In this document: positions 37,527 through 47,079 of the stretch, in pieces | How the letters are laid out: each line of letters begins with the position of its first letter | Position numbering within the stretch: the first letter of the stretch is position 1 | Virus record (IMG/VR): IMGVR_UViG_3300025133_000023 | Reading direction: 5' to 3' (one strand) | Source: a virus | DNA length: 64,000 nucleotides | Notes under the pieces: generated by a model | What the model was told of the DNA's origin: nothing | Databases searched by the model: none | Seen by the model: the letters and a program-made list of their open reading frames with translations, nothing else | Made by a program: the position numbers and the translations under genes

Positions 37527-40500
37527 TTAATAGTGATCAATTGCTGATGGGTAGAGGGGCCGACGGTTGTCGTTAATTCGTGTTCGAATATTTGCCCCAG
37601 GACGACGTCTGCGATATTCAGAGATGGCTCTATCCATTTCGCTTGACTGCATGTTCGCTCCCGTTCGTGCGCGACTTGTTGTCCCGGTAGAGGTGACCCT
37701 GGCGGTGGGAGAATGGGTCACGCCACTTCTTCCAGGCATTGCAGACTGAGGAGCTACTCCCTGTGGGGTGATATTGGCAGCAGGCATGTTAAGCATACTT
37801 CCATCTTGAATGTGCTGTAGCAGTCTAGGATCAAGCCCAGCCTCATCTCCTAGGGGAGCTCCACCATAGCCAGGACCACCCATTACACCCTGCATTAGGG
37901 CTGTTCCTGCAAGGCCTATAATCGCTGCAGTGCCTAGTGTTCTCTTGTGTTTTCCGAGTTCCTTAGTAGAGACGTTAATCTTTCCTAGCATCTCTTCGAC
38001 AAACCCAGCCATAGTGCTTTGGCGATTGACTGTGCTTACAGCCCGAGCCAACTGATCTTCACCAGCCATGCCATGCTCTATAGCATACCGAGCAGCCTTA
38101 AGTGTATCATCTAAAGACATATTGCGCTTGGCTCTGCTTAAGTTGAAGACCCTTCTCTTGATGCCACCTTCTTCATTCTGGTAGTTAGCCATGACGGTCA
38201 TGAGAGCTTTTCTGTCAGCTTCACCCCAGGCGAATCTCTGAGACTTTCCACCAATCTCAATATTGTAGCCTGACCTAATGTTTCCCTTGCCCATGAAGAT
38301 GTCTTCCATAACCCCAATGAACCTGCCAGTGTCCATTTGAGCTTTTGTGGAACCTTGTGGTCCATAGAGAGCTTTGATTAATTCATCTCCAACATTCATA
38401 GCTTCAGGAAGATGACGAGATTTTAGAGTAGCTGTTTCTTCAACAGCACTAAGGATAGAGTAGATTTTAGATCGCTGCTGCTCTGGCATATCCTCAAGGA
38501 GCATAGCGTATTTGACTTCCTCAAGGGTCCTCGAGACGCGCCCAACATCTTTACCGTAGAAGAGCTTTTTGGATTGCTGAATACGTAGATCACTGACAGC
38601 TTCTTGACTGTAGCCCTTTCTTTGCCCATAGTCGATCATACTATCAAAGACATCTTTGTTAACCTTCTTCTGCCAAACCATTGCATAGTCATATTGCCGG
38701 GCGATCTTTTCCATAGCGCCTTTTCTGCGCATCATGCGAACACCATCTGGGTCGGTCATGAGCTTAACGAAAGCCCTATCCGCGTCATAGTCCATACCCA
38801 TGCCTGGAGCAAGGCCTAGCTCGTAGTCGCTCTTCACCCCATTAACGGTAACGCTAACCAGTCTTTGAGCAATCTTGATGATCTCTTGATCCTTAGAGGA
38901 TCCTCCAGTGTAGACAGCAATTCGAGCAGGCTGAATAGATCCCTGATAAGCAGCAGGCATTCGGCCAACGATACCCGACCAAGAAGCCTCCCCTCTAAGA
39001 AAGGCTCCCTTCTCAAGCTTGCTAGGCAGGGTTCCGGCATCTTCCATTTCGCCAACAAGTCGCTTTGCCAGTTTCTGACTAATGAAGGCCGTGTTGCCAT
39101 CGGCTAAGTCCATCCCAACCCGAGTATTAATTCCTTCCCTAGCGCCAATCATGCTATCTTCAAGGATGTCACTAATAGCTGGCAAGCCAGCAACCTGAGC
39201 ATAGGAAGAGCCTGCCCCAAGCTTATTCTTAGTGAGGCTCCTCTTCGCGGACTGGTAAAGGCCAACAACCCCTGCCATTCCGCTTTGCTCATGTCCACTC
39301 ATGATCCGAGCTAGGCGGGTGTCCATGTCAAGATCCTCATATCCATCAGGAGCCAACAGCTGGAACATCTTTTTAACCTGATTACGGTAAGCCTTTTCCT
39401 GCAGCTCACCACCCTGTGCACGAGCATAGCCAGCTGTGCGGATCTCTGCCCCTAGCTCAGCGCTCACAGACTGCATACCAGGGACGTGCCAAGAGGTAGA
39501 CATACCTCTAGCCTTAAGGGCTCCATGCATTTCCTTTGGCATTTCTACTACAGCACCCCTGCCACGGAACCAATCTTCCTGAGTAATGTCTGCAAGACTC
39601 TGGGAGGCAAACTTCACTCTAGGTAAGCTTTCATCTATCTGGGTAGCGTCACCGGTCATGCTCCAAAGCATCTTGCCAATAGCATTGAAGTCATCAATAG
39701 TCGCAGCAGAGGAGGTGCTTCCATAGATGTCCCTAACAAGTGCTTCTGTTAGGTTCTCCCCACCAGACATGATCTGCTTGCTAAGGAGCATGTCAAAGTT
39801 ACGAGCCTCAACACTTCCCATACGGCCCTGAGCCAGATGGGGAAAGTCACCTATAAACTGCGATGAGCCTCCAATAGCCATTTTAAGTCTAGCAAGGCCG
39901 GCTACGTGACCGGAGTCTTTAAAGACACCAGTAAGCATTGACTCATAAGCAGCAACGGCTTCTGGACTACCTTGCTTTCCGCCATAGAAAATGCTACCGC
40001 CACCAAAGACAAGTCCAATTGACTCGCTTCGACCTAGCCCCAGAAACTTCGCTTTCTCAGCGACAGCACGTAGGATATCGGGAACTTCCTGTCCCGCAGC
40101 GTTGAGTGTCTTTCGTGTAGTATCATAAAGCTTACCTTGATCTTGAGCTAGGAACTGCTTAAGCCTAAGCATCTGTGGAGTCTCCCCCAAGGTTGCATTC
40201 AGCTTATCAAGACTGCCTCTGGCAGCAGCGAGGTCTGCCCTCCATGAGGCTGGTGAGCCATAATCGATAAGTCGCTTCTCTAGACCACGCTTTTTATCTA
40301 CAGCAGCAAGTGTTTTTTGAACATCGAAACTTTCAATTGGTGCCGAACTTAGCTTTCCTAACATAGCCCTTGCTTTCTTATAGTCCTTTCTAAGCTTATT
40401 CAATTCTGGATGCTTTAGACCGATCTTCTTCTCAAGATTAAGGATTTTACCCTTTAGCTTAAGCAGGTCCTCGGCAGCCTTAGAGTTATCAAGATACCTC

Positions 40501-42833
40501 TTCTGCTGAAGCCCTTCAAGCTCTTGTCCTGCAACAATCCTAAGTCCACTAACTGCCTGCTCGTGTACAGCGAAGAGGTCCTTCGTGAGAGGAGAGGTGT
40601 TGGTGATTTGGTCAATATGCTGAGCAAGCTTACTCATTTCCTTTACAGACATTCCCATGTGCTTTGCTAACTGAGCTAGATTCTTATCCATTATCTCTTC
40701 GGAACGAATCTTCAAAGTTGTTTTTGTTCCATGGAAAACCTTCATATGCTCAACAGCATCGATATCCTGCTTCACATGGAGACGTAAATATCCTTCATGG
40801 GAAAGCGTTGCCCCAACAAGAGTCTCTGACACATAACTTTCACCCGCAGCTCTAATGACCTGCCCAGACTTAGTTCCTGAACCAAGGCCTAAAGCCTGAC
40901 CTCGGCCTAGACTAATTCCACCTTTGGTTTCTGCAATACGTGCTCGAATAGCTTGAGCCATTTCTTCTGGGCTAAGGTTCCCAGCCGATAGCTTCTTAAG
41001 GGTTGCTTCTCCAAGAGGCAGACTAACAGGGGAGCCAGGCGCAGCAATAATATTGTAGCTCTTTGTCTTTTGAGCTCTTAAAGCTTTAGAGAAACCTTCA
41101 CGAATAAAAGACTCACCATCCATCATCCCCCATCGACGCAAGATGCCTGGGATTTTGCCTGGCTGACCATCTGCCCTAATCCCATCACCCAGGACATGCA
41201 AGGTAATAGCAGAAGGAGTCACATAACCGAACCCCTTCATGAATAGGTCCTTATACGTTGCTCCAGCATTCACTGGAACAAATCTCTTGAGAGCGCTGAC
41301 AGTCTTGACTGAACGACGACCTGTCCCCTTATCAAAGGCTCCCTCAATTTGAAAGCTTGGCCCCATGCCAACACTTTGGAGATGCTTAGAGTCCATAAGG
41401 TCAAGGACAAACTTCCCATCGTGTCCCTTCTTTCCCCACTCCTTGCGAGCTGTCTCTGTAGGAGTCCAGTTTAAATCTCTGACAAGCTGGAACAGCCTTC
41501 GACTTCGGTCAAAGCTGTGCTGGTCTTTAAACAAGTTCAATAGATTGTGAGAAGGACCACCGGGGGCTATTCTGAAGTGAGCCATATCGACAAACCCACC
41601 CCTGGTCAAAGTACCAGGACCAATAGCTTCTACGCTTGGGTTCTTCCTCATAAAAGCTTCCATCATGTCTGCAGTGTAGTGATCGTCTCCTAGAGCGGCT
41701 GGATCAAAGACGGTATTCCGAGCAAAGGCAGCGCGTAGCCTTTCCCCTGGAGTGGAGTGACTAGTTTCAAACTGACCAATCTTTCTCAGATCTGAATAGA
41801 AGCCTCTATAGGACATCGCTCTGTCTGCTCCAGACATACCTCCCATCTTCACAATCTGTGCGGCTAACTTATCATTTACAGACTGATTCGACCCAAGAAC
41901 ATGACCCACAGAGAAGATCGACATACCCTTAGGAGAAACAACTCGCTCTCCTGTTGGGGTTCTTTTCCCTTTGGGGCCTAGACTCTCATTCCCAAAGATA
42001 AACCTAAACTCTCGCTTGCTTCCTTTATACTTCACATTGAGTTCGCGGAAGGTAGAGCCATCTCTTCCTGTTAGCTTATGCATCGTCATGTGAGCATTAA
42101 CCTTAGCTAGTCCAGCACTTCTTCTCCATCCCTTAAAGCTTGCAACCTCTTCTCTTTCAAAGAAGTCAGGAACCTTCATCTCGCTACCAGCACCAAGGAA
42201 GCCCATGTTGCTATAGAAGCTACTAAGCCCATGCTTCTCCCAAAACATTCCAGTGCCAATAATCTGTCCACCCTTAGCTACACCTCCCCTGCGGGGACCG
42301 TGTTGTCCTTTAATGTCGATATACTTACTGGGATCAAGCATCTGCCACTTCTTCCAGAGAATGCTTGCATCACTACTGGACATTCCGGAAACAATTCCCT
42401 GCATTCGAGAAGCATAGGCAGTACGGTCTCCACTTGATCCTAGGGCTTGCTTGGACATTGACTGTGCTTCAAAGAGCGCCTGAAGCATGTTCTGTTTGTT
42501 AAGGCTTACTGCTGGGTCTGCAATAGCTGCTGCATAGGCAAAGGCTAGTCTCTTGGCTGAGTTGGGACCGAAGCTTCCACCCAGAGATTGCTTGAGCATT
42601 TTACGAGCATCCAGCACATTACCTGCAGCGTTCCTAGCAGCCAGACGCATACCCTTAATAGACCTAGCCGCCCTACCTGCTGCATCTGCTGCGGTAGTTC
42701 CCTGAGAAGCCTGGTTGGATTGAATGTCCCTATACACAGATAGTCCACCCAGACCCACAGCGCCCAACAATGGAGTGTAGGTGAAGACGGTGGCAAATGG
42801 GTTTCGACCCTTTCTGTTTTTATTGTCAGACAT
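37527..42833 (-). CDS. Putative virion-associated single-chain two-barrel (double-psi beta-barrel) DNA-dependent RNA polymerase
   Basis: Ordered motifs: MMDGESFI (D572), MKVFHGTK (K698/K704), IDQITNTSP, GRMGSVE (R1004), LTKNKLG..SYA, AFISQKLAKRL, IVGRMP (R1291), GMDYDADRAFV (D1348/D1350/D1352; nt 38778-38792), GRVSRTLEEV (bridge-helix-like), TLKSRH (trigger-loop-like H1474). By-eye alignment only. Confidence 0.78.
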   Translation of the reverse strand: MSDNKNRKGRNPFATVFTYTPLLGAVGLGGLSVYRDIQSNQASQGTTAADAAGRAARSIKGMRLAARNAAGNVLDARKMLKQSLGGSFGPNSAKRLAFAYAAAIADPAVSLNKQNMLQALFEAQSMSKQALGSSGDRTAYASRMQGIVSGMSSSDASILWKKWQMLDPSKYIDIKGQHGPRRGGVAKGGQIIGTGMFWEKHGLSSFYSNMGFLGAGSEMKVPDFFEREEVASFKGWRRSAGLAKVNAHMTMHKLTGRDGSTFRELNVKYKGSKREFRFIFGNESLGPKGKRTPTGERVVSPKGMSIFSVGHVLGSNQSVNDKLAAQIVKMGGMSGADRAMSYRGFYSDLRKIGQFETSHSTPGERLRAAFARNTVFDPAALGDDHYTADMMEAFMRKNPSVEAIGPGTLTRGGFVDMAHFRIAPGGPSHNLLNLFKDQHSFDRSRRLFQLVRDLNWTPTETARKEWGKKGHDGKFVLDLMDSKHLQSVGMGPSFQIEGAFDKGTGRRSVKTVSALKRFVPVNAGATYKDLFMKGFGYVTPSAITLHVLGDGIRADGQPGKIPGILRRWGMMDGESFIREGFSKALRAQKTKSYNIIAAPGSPVSLPLGEATLKKLSAGNLSPEEMAQAIRARIAETKGGISLGRGQALGLGSGTKSGQVIRAAGESYVSETLVGATLSHEGYLRLHVKQDIDAVEHMKVFHGTKTTLKIRSEEIMDKNLAQLAKHMGMSVKEMSKLAQHIDQITNTSPLTKDLFAVHEQAVSGLRIVAGQELEGLQQKRYLDNSKAAEDLLKLKGKILNLEKKIGLKHPELNKLRKDYKKARAMLGKLSSAPIESFDVQKTLAAVDKKRGLEKRLIDYGSPASWRADLAAARGSLDKLNATLGETPQMLRLKQFLAQDQGKLYDTTRKTLNAAGQEVPDILRAVAEKAKFLGLGRSESIGLVFGGGSIFYGGKQGSPEAVAAYESMLTGVFKDSGHVAGLARLKMAIGGSSQFIGDFPHLAQGRMGSVEARNFDMLLSKQIMSGGENLTEALVRDIYGSTSSAATIDDFNAIGKMLWSMTGDATQIDESLPRVKFASQSLADITQEDWFRGRGAVVEMPKEMHGALKARGMSTSWHVPGMQSVSAELGAEIRTAGYARAQGGELQEKAYRNQVKKMFQLLAPDGYEDLDMDTRLARIMSGHEQSGMAGVVGLYQSAKRSLTKNKLGAGSSYAQVAGLPAISDILEDSMIGAREGINTRVGMDLADGNTAFISQKLAKRLVGEMEDAGTLPSKLEKGAFLRGEASWSGIVGRMPAAYQGSIQPARIAVYTGGSSKDQEIIKIAQRLVSVTVNGVKSDYELGLAPGMGMDYDADRAFVKLMTDPDGVRMMRRKGAMEKIARQYDYAMVWQKKVNKDVFDSMIDYGQRKGYSQEAVSDLRIQQSKKLFYGKDVGRVSRTLEEVKYAMLLEDMPEQQRSKIYSILSAVEETATLKSRHLPEAMNVGDELIKALYGPQGSTKAQMDTGRFIGVMEDIFMGKGNIRSGYNIEIGGKSQRFAWGEADRKALMTVMANYQNEEGGIKRRVFNLSRAKRNMSLDDTLKAARYAIEHGMAGEDQLARAVSTVNRQSTMAGFVEEMLGKINVSTKELGKHKRTLGTAAIIGLAGTALMQGVMGGPGYGGAPLGDEAGLDPRLLQHIQDGSMLNMPAANITPQGVAPQSAMPGRSGVTHSPTARVTSTGTTSRARTGANMQSSEMDRAISEYRRRRPGANIRTRINDNRRPLYPSAIDHY

Positions 42834-42835
42834 TC

Positions 42836-45800
42836 TTATAGGCCATATCTCTTACGGAACTGATCTTCCTCGCCCATGCGAGAGTCGTTTACTTCAAGAT
42901 CAAGTGTGTGGCTTGGGTTAGCTGAAGAGTAGCTAATGGTCCTCATGTTAGTAGAGCTGAAACCATTGGCCCCAAAAGCTAAGTGACCCAAGTCTCGGTC
43001 ATTGGTGGGCTCAAAGTAATTTCCCTGAGCAATCACCTCATCTGTTAGATAAGGTTTTCTAGAGAGAAGACGCGACTGGCTTTCCCACATTCCATAATCA
43101 TGGATGTCTTTCCCTTGTTGCTGAACAACCCTTAGTTTAACATCTTCAAGGTCAACAGCAGGGTTAAAGCCAACCCAATCTACAGCAGGCATCGTGTCAC
43201 CAAGCTCAGCCTCAGTACGCTGCAGCTTTTCGAAGTCGCCAAACGACATCCAGCTAGGGGCTTCCTTTTCATATCTCGAATATCTGGCTGTGCTGAAATC
43301 TTCTCCAGCAGTAGAGCCCCAGTCTTGAACAAGCCGACCTAGCTTTTCATCTCCTGTTCTAAGATAGTCAGCCTTAAGCCATTGTGCCTCATAAATGCGA
43401 TGGAGAGACTCGGGTACTAAATCAAGGATTTCCTTTCGTCTTCGCTCGCTAGTGGTGCTAGCAAACGCCTCGAAGAAGTCTTGTTCCTCACGAGGCAAAG
43501 CAGCTTTCACAGCTGCAAGTCTATCAAATGGGTTGACTCCAGTTACCGTCTTACTGGCAAGCTTCTCGTAAAGAGAAGCGTTCCGTGTATCTCCAGCTTC
43601 ATGGGCCTGCTCTTCAAGCATCTTCCATTTATAGTATTCAAGCTTATCGTAGTGGTCATTGAATCCACGAATCGTCTTAATGTGTCCAGGGATGGCATCT
43701 ACACCGAACCAGTCATGGAGGGTCTGGTTAATGAATGGTCTGAACCAATCACGCCACATTTCCTTAAGTCCCCAGAAAGCGAACCGAGTACCATACACAA
43801 CAGTGTCTTCATACTCTGAGATTGGGTCAAGATACTTGAACAACTTTTCGACAGGGCGGAAGCCAAGAGGGATAATCTTAGAGGGACCAGAGAAGACATC
43901 ATGGATAACTTCATTGAAGCCCTTCCATGCCATGCCTGCTGCTCTGCCAACTAGCCCACGTCGCTTGGTGTTCTCGTTAAGAGCTGGAAGATAGCTTTGC
44001 CATTCTCTCTTAGCTCTCTTCTGCTGCATGCGAGACTCTGCTGCTTGAACAAACTTAAGAGCCTCTTCTCCAAACTGTCCCTGAGCTGTACGGAACTTGA
44101 CTGCTCTCTGAACTTCTCTGAATTCCTGAGACCATGCAGCAACATCACCAAGAACGGCATACTTGTAAACTAGCGGCCAACTTTCCGGATCCTTTCCTTC
44201 TAGTTCGGGGTGCAAGGCAGCGTAACCCTTGCCAGGTAGTCGATACTCTCCACCCGCTACATTGCTATAGGGATCACCGAAGCGTAGTTCTTCGGGCATC
44301 CAGCTAGGCATGTTGTTAGGGATGGGGTTGTACTGCTGTATGGAACTAAGAGGACGGGGGAAGAATCGACGGATTGGCTCAGACAAGAATCCAAAACCAC
44401 CTAGGTTCTGTTCCCAGTAACGCCTAGTCCATGAGTCAATAGCATTCGCTGACTGGAGCTGTGAGCCTTGAGTTCCTGGTACGTCTACTCCAGCAAGATG
44501 CTTACCAACCTCTCCCAAAGTGAAACCCCACAGACCGGGGCCTTCAACAAGGTTCTGATAAAAGAACTGACCCAGTCGACGTTTCCCGCTATAGGGACTG
44601 TCTGGAGTTCCTGGCTGCAGGCCACCCAGAGAATAGGCTGGCTGAATCTCCAGGGAGTTAGAGATGTGCTTCAGCTCTAGGCTACCTGTTTCTCTGTTAA
44701 CTCGAGCCCACTCTCCTACATGCATTAAGCGAGCTGGCTTAATCAGCTTGCCAATAGGATCGAGGAAGAGCTTAGCGAAAGGAACCTCTTCAAAGGCCTG
44801 CCCAGTAATTGGGTATGGCCTATCTTTATAGTTTCTTTCTTCTAGCTCATAGGTAAAGTGCTTACGATAGAACTTGCCAATAGGAGAGTGCCACGCACCA
44901 CCAACAGGGTTCCAGAAATCAAAGTCTTCGTCTTCACCCCATACGGACTTCTCAATAGCTCTCGACTTAGACAACGCCAACCAGTGAGGCTTGAAGTGAC
45001 TAATAGCGCCACCTTCCCAAGCAGTACCACCGCCTTCCCACCATCTACCCTTACGGACTGGCTGAAGCTTTCGTCCTTCATAGATCGCACTTAACTCTTC
45101 AGTAGTCTCAGACGTAGCAAGCTTTCCGGCAAGCACCGACCAAGCAGCAGCAGCTGTGACGAATCGCATACCCCAAGATGAGCCAAAGGGAAGACTCCAC
45201 TGTTTGATGTTCTTTATTCCACCAGCACGCCAGAACTTGTCACCTAGCTCAGAGCGAGCAATGACTCTCTTAGGGTTAGCCCCAGCCCATGCAGCTTGAA
45301 CCTGAAGCCCCATTCTCTTCCAGGGGTTCTCTTCTCCTACAATCCTAGTAGCCCAACTGATGTCGTGGTTGATTTGCTTGGTCATCCACTTCGGGATCTC
45401 TCCACCCTGGATGCCTTCTGTTACCGAGTGTCTCCAGGCAGAGCGTTTGGAGATTTCGTTAATAGCATAGACCGAGTCACGCATACGCTGCTGACCCTTA
45501 CTAAGGACAGCTCCGCCGGACTTCTTAGACTCATTAACTAATCCACGTTCATTATAGATGTTCCAGAACTGAGTAGCATACGTTCCAGTGCTAGCATGAA
45601 TTCGCTGAAGGATTGTTCCACCCTTCATACTTGGACGCATTTCCTTACGAAGCATACGGTCTAGGACATGACCAACTCCCACACCAATAATACCCATACC
45701 AATAGCTGTTGAGCTATCAGTGGAGCCTGGCATGTTGGTTTCAAACCATCTTCTCCAGCCACTACCAATGAACGGGACGGGGCTGAGGGCATTCGTAACT

Positions 45801-47077
45801 GTTGATCGAAGCTTGTTTGCAATAGCTCCAACGTTTCCGAATCCAGCGAACAAGCCATCCCTGAAGGGAGGAAGCAGACTACCTACTGCACCAATAGCAG
45901 CTCCGCGACCAATGTGAGACCACTTCTTTCCAAAGATGCTTCCAAAGTAAGCGCCAGTAATACCAAAGGCAGCTGCTCCACCGACAGTATCATGCTGCTT
46001 TGCCCAGCTTGCAGAACTTAGGAGAAGCCCAGCCATGCCGACAGTCCCCGCCTTGCGGGCATACATGAATGAGTTCTTTAGGAAGCTTCCTTCTTTTCCA
46101 TAAAGCTTAAAGGGTAGCTGTCCACCAATGTCTGACAGGATAGGGATCTGCTGCCAAATAGTACGGATAAGCTCGTTGAGCCGACCACTACCAGCAGCCC
46201 CTACTAGGCGTCCCATATGGATAGCGGTGTCTGCTGGGCCTGCCCCTGTTACTGTGGGGATGTGTATTGGCAAGAACTCTAAGTTTCTACCAACAGCCTT
46301 AATGGCATCGTCCTCCATAGCAGAACCAACATGGTAACCAATACCAGCACGAACCTTGGAAATCTTCATCTCCTGTCCTGCAGTAGCTACTAGGCTGGGG
46401 GCTGTCTTGTGACTGTAGGCTTTGGAAGAAGCTTCACCGCTTCCATACTTCTGGCGTTCCCAATCTGCCTGAACCCTAGCCAACAGGTCTGGATTCTTAA
46501 TAGCAAGATCAGCCTGGATCATTCGCTGAAGCTCTCTAGCTCTACCGCGCTGACCCAACACTAGACGGTCTTGAACGAGCTCTCCTGACTTTGCGTTATA
46601 GGCTTTGTAGAAGACACTGTCTGCGGATTCTCTCTCAAGCCTTAGCCCGTGCTGTCCTGCATCAATAAGCTTATGGGGCTCTACCCCCATTACCGAAGCC
46701 ATCACCTCGCGGATGAACTTGTTCCCTCCATCAATGTTAAAAGCTTCAGGGGGCAAGAATGGCTTGAAGAGCTTCCCAGTAGCCTCCATAATCCGCTCAT
46801 GATCAACAAACGGAGACACCATAAATGGTAGTCTGAAGGTAGCCATCATGCCACCAGGCAGGACGAATCTCTCAGCTACTTGAAGGGTTCTGTAGGCTTT
46901 CGTAAAGCCTCGCTCTCCGCCATGGCGGAGCATCCCTACCCCAAAAACACCAGCGCCCACAGCAGCGCCAGTAGCCCAACCAAAGAGCTGCCTTCCTGTG
47001 GAAGGCTGTGTTAGCTCATCTTGGCGTTGGCTACTCCACGTTGTGTGCGGGCCGGAGTTTGAGTACAGATTGGACAT
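42836..47077 (-). CDS. Tape-measure-like/tail-lumen ejected protein
   Basis: 1413 aa, directly downstream of the tube and chaperone genes; several Gly/Ala-rich hydrophobic segments; basic and Trp-rich. Confidence 0.65.
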   Translation of the reverse strand: MSNLYSNSGPHTTWSSQRQDELTQPSTGRQLFGWATGAAVGAGVFGVGMLRHGGERGFTKAYRTLQVAERFVLPGGMMATFRLPFMVSPFVDHERIMEATGKLFKPFLPPEAFNIDGGNKFIREVMASVMGVEPHKLIDAGQHGLRLERESADSVFYKAYNAKSGELVQDRLVLGQRGRARELQRMIQADLAIKNPDLLARVQADWERQKYGSGEASSKAYSHKTAPSLVATAGQEMKISKVRAGIGYHVGSAMEDDAIKAVGRNLEFLPIHIPTVTGAGPADTAIHMGRLVGAAGSGRLNELIRTIWQQIPILSDIGGQLPFKLYGKEGSFLKNSFMYARKAGTVGMAGLLLSSASWAKQHDTVGGAAAFGITGAYFGSIFGKKWSHIGRGAAIGAVGSLLPPFRDGLFAGFGNVGAIANKLRSTVTNALSPVPFIGSGWRRWFETNMPGSTDSSTAIGMGIIGVGVGHVLDRMLRKEMRPSMKGGTILQRIHASTGTYATQFWNIYNERGLVNESKKSGGAVLSKGQQRMRDSVYAINEISKRSAWRHSVTEGIQGGEIPKWMTKQINHDISWATRIVGEENPWKRMGLQVQAAWAGANPKRVIARSELGDKFWRAGGIKNIKQWSLPFGSSWGMRFVTAAAAWSVLAGKLATSETTEELSAIYEGRKLQPVRKGRWWEGGGTAWEGGAISHFKPHWLALSKSRAIEKSVWGEDEDFDFWNPVGGAWHSPIGKFYRKHFTYELEERNYKDRPYPITGQAFEEVPFAKLFLDPIGKLIKPARLMHVGEWARVNRETGSLELKHISNSLEIQPAYSLGGLQPGTPDSPYSGKRRLGQFFYQNLVEGPGLWGFTLGEVGKHLAGVDVPGTQGSQLQSANAIDSWTRRYWEQNLGGFGFLSEPIRRFFPRPLSSIQQYNPIPNNMPSWMPEELRFGDPYSNVAGGEYRLPGKGYAALHPELEGKDPESWPLVYKYAVLGDVAAWSQEFREVQRAVKFRTAQGQFGEEALKFVQAAESRMQQKRAKREWQSYLPALNENTKRRGLVGRAAGMAWKGFNEVIHDVFSGPSKIIPLGFRPVEKLFKYLDPISEYEDTVVYGTRFAFWGLKEMWRDWFRPFINQTLHDWFGVDAIPGHIKTIRGFNDHYDKLEYYKWKMLEEQAHEAGDTRNASLYEKLASKTVTGVNPFDRLAAVKAALPREEQDFFEAFASTTSERRRKEILDLVPESLHRIYEAQWLKADYLRTGDEKLGRLVQDWGSTAGEDFSTARYSRYEKEAPSWMSFGDFEKLQRTEAELGDTMPAVDWVGFNPAVDLEDVKLRVVQQQGKDIHDYGMWESQSRLLSRKPYLTDEVIAQGNYFEPTNDRDLGHLAFGANGFSSTNMRTISYSSANPSHTLDLEVNDSRMGEEDQFRKRYGL

Positions 47078-47079
47078 GG

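Noticed and set aside
42831-42840. Fusion of the tape-measure-like gene with the RNAP-like gene as in P23-45
   Set aside because: TAA followed by 2 nt and then ATG puts the genes in different frames; no slippery site seen.
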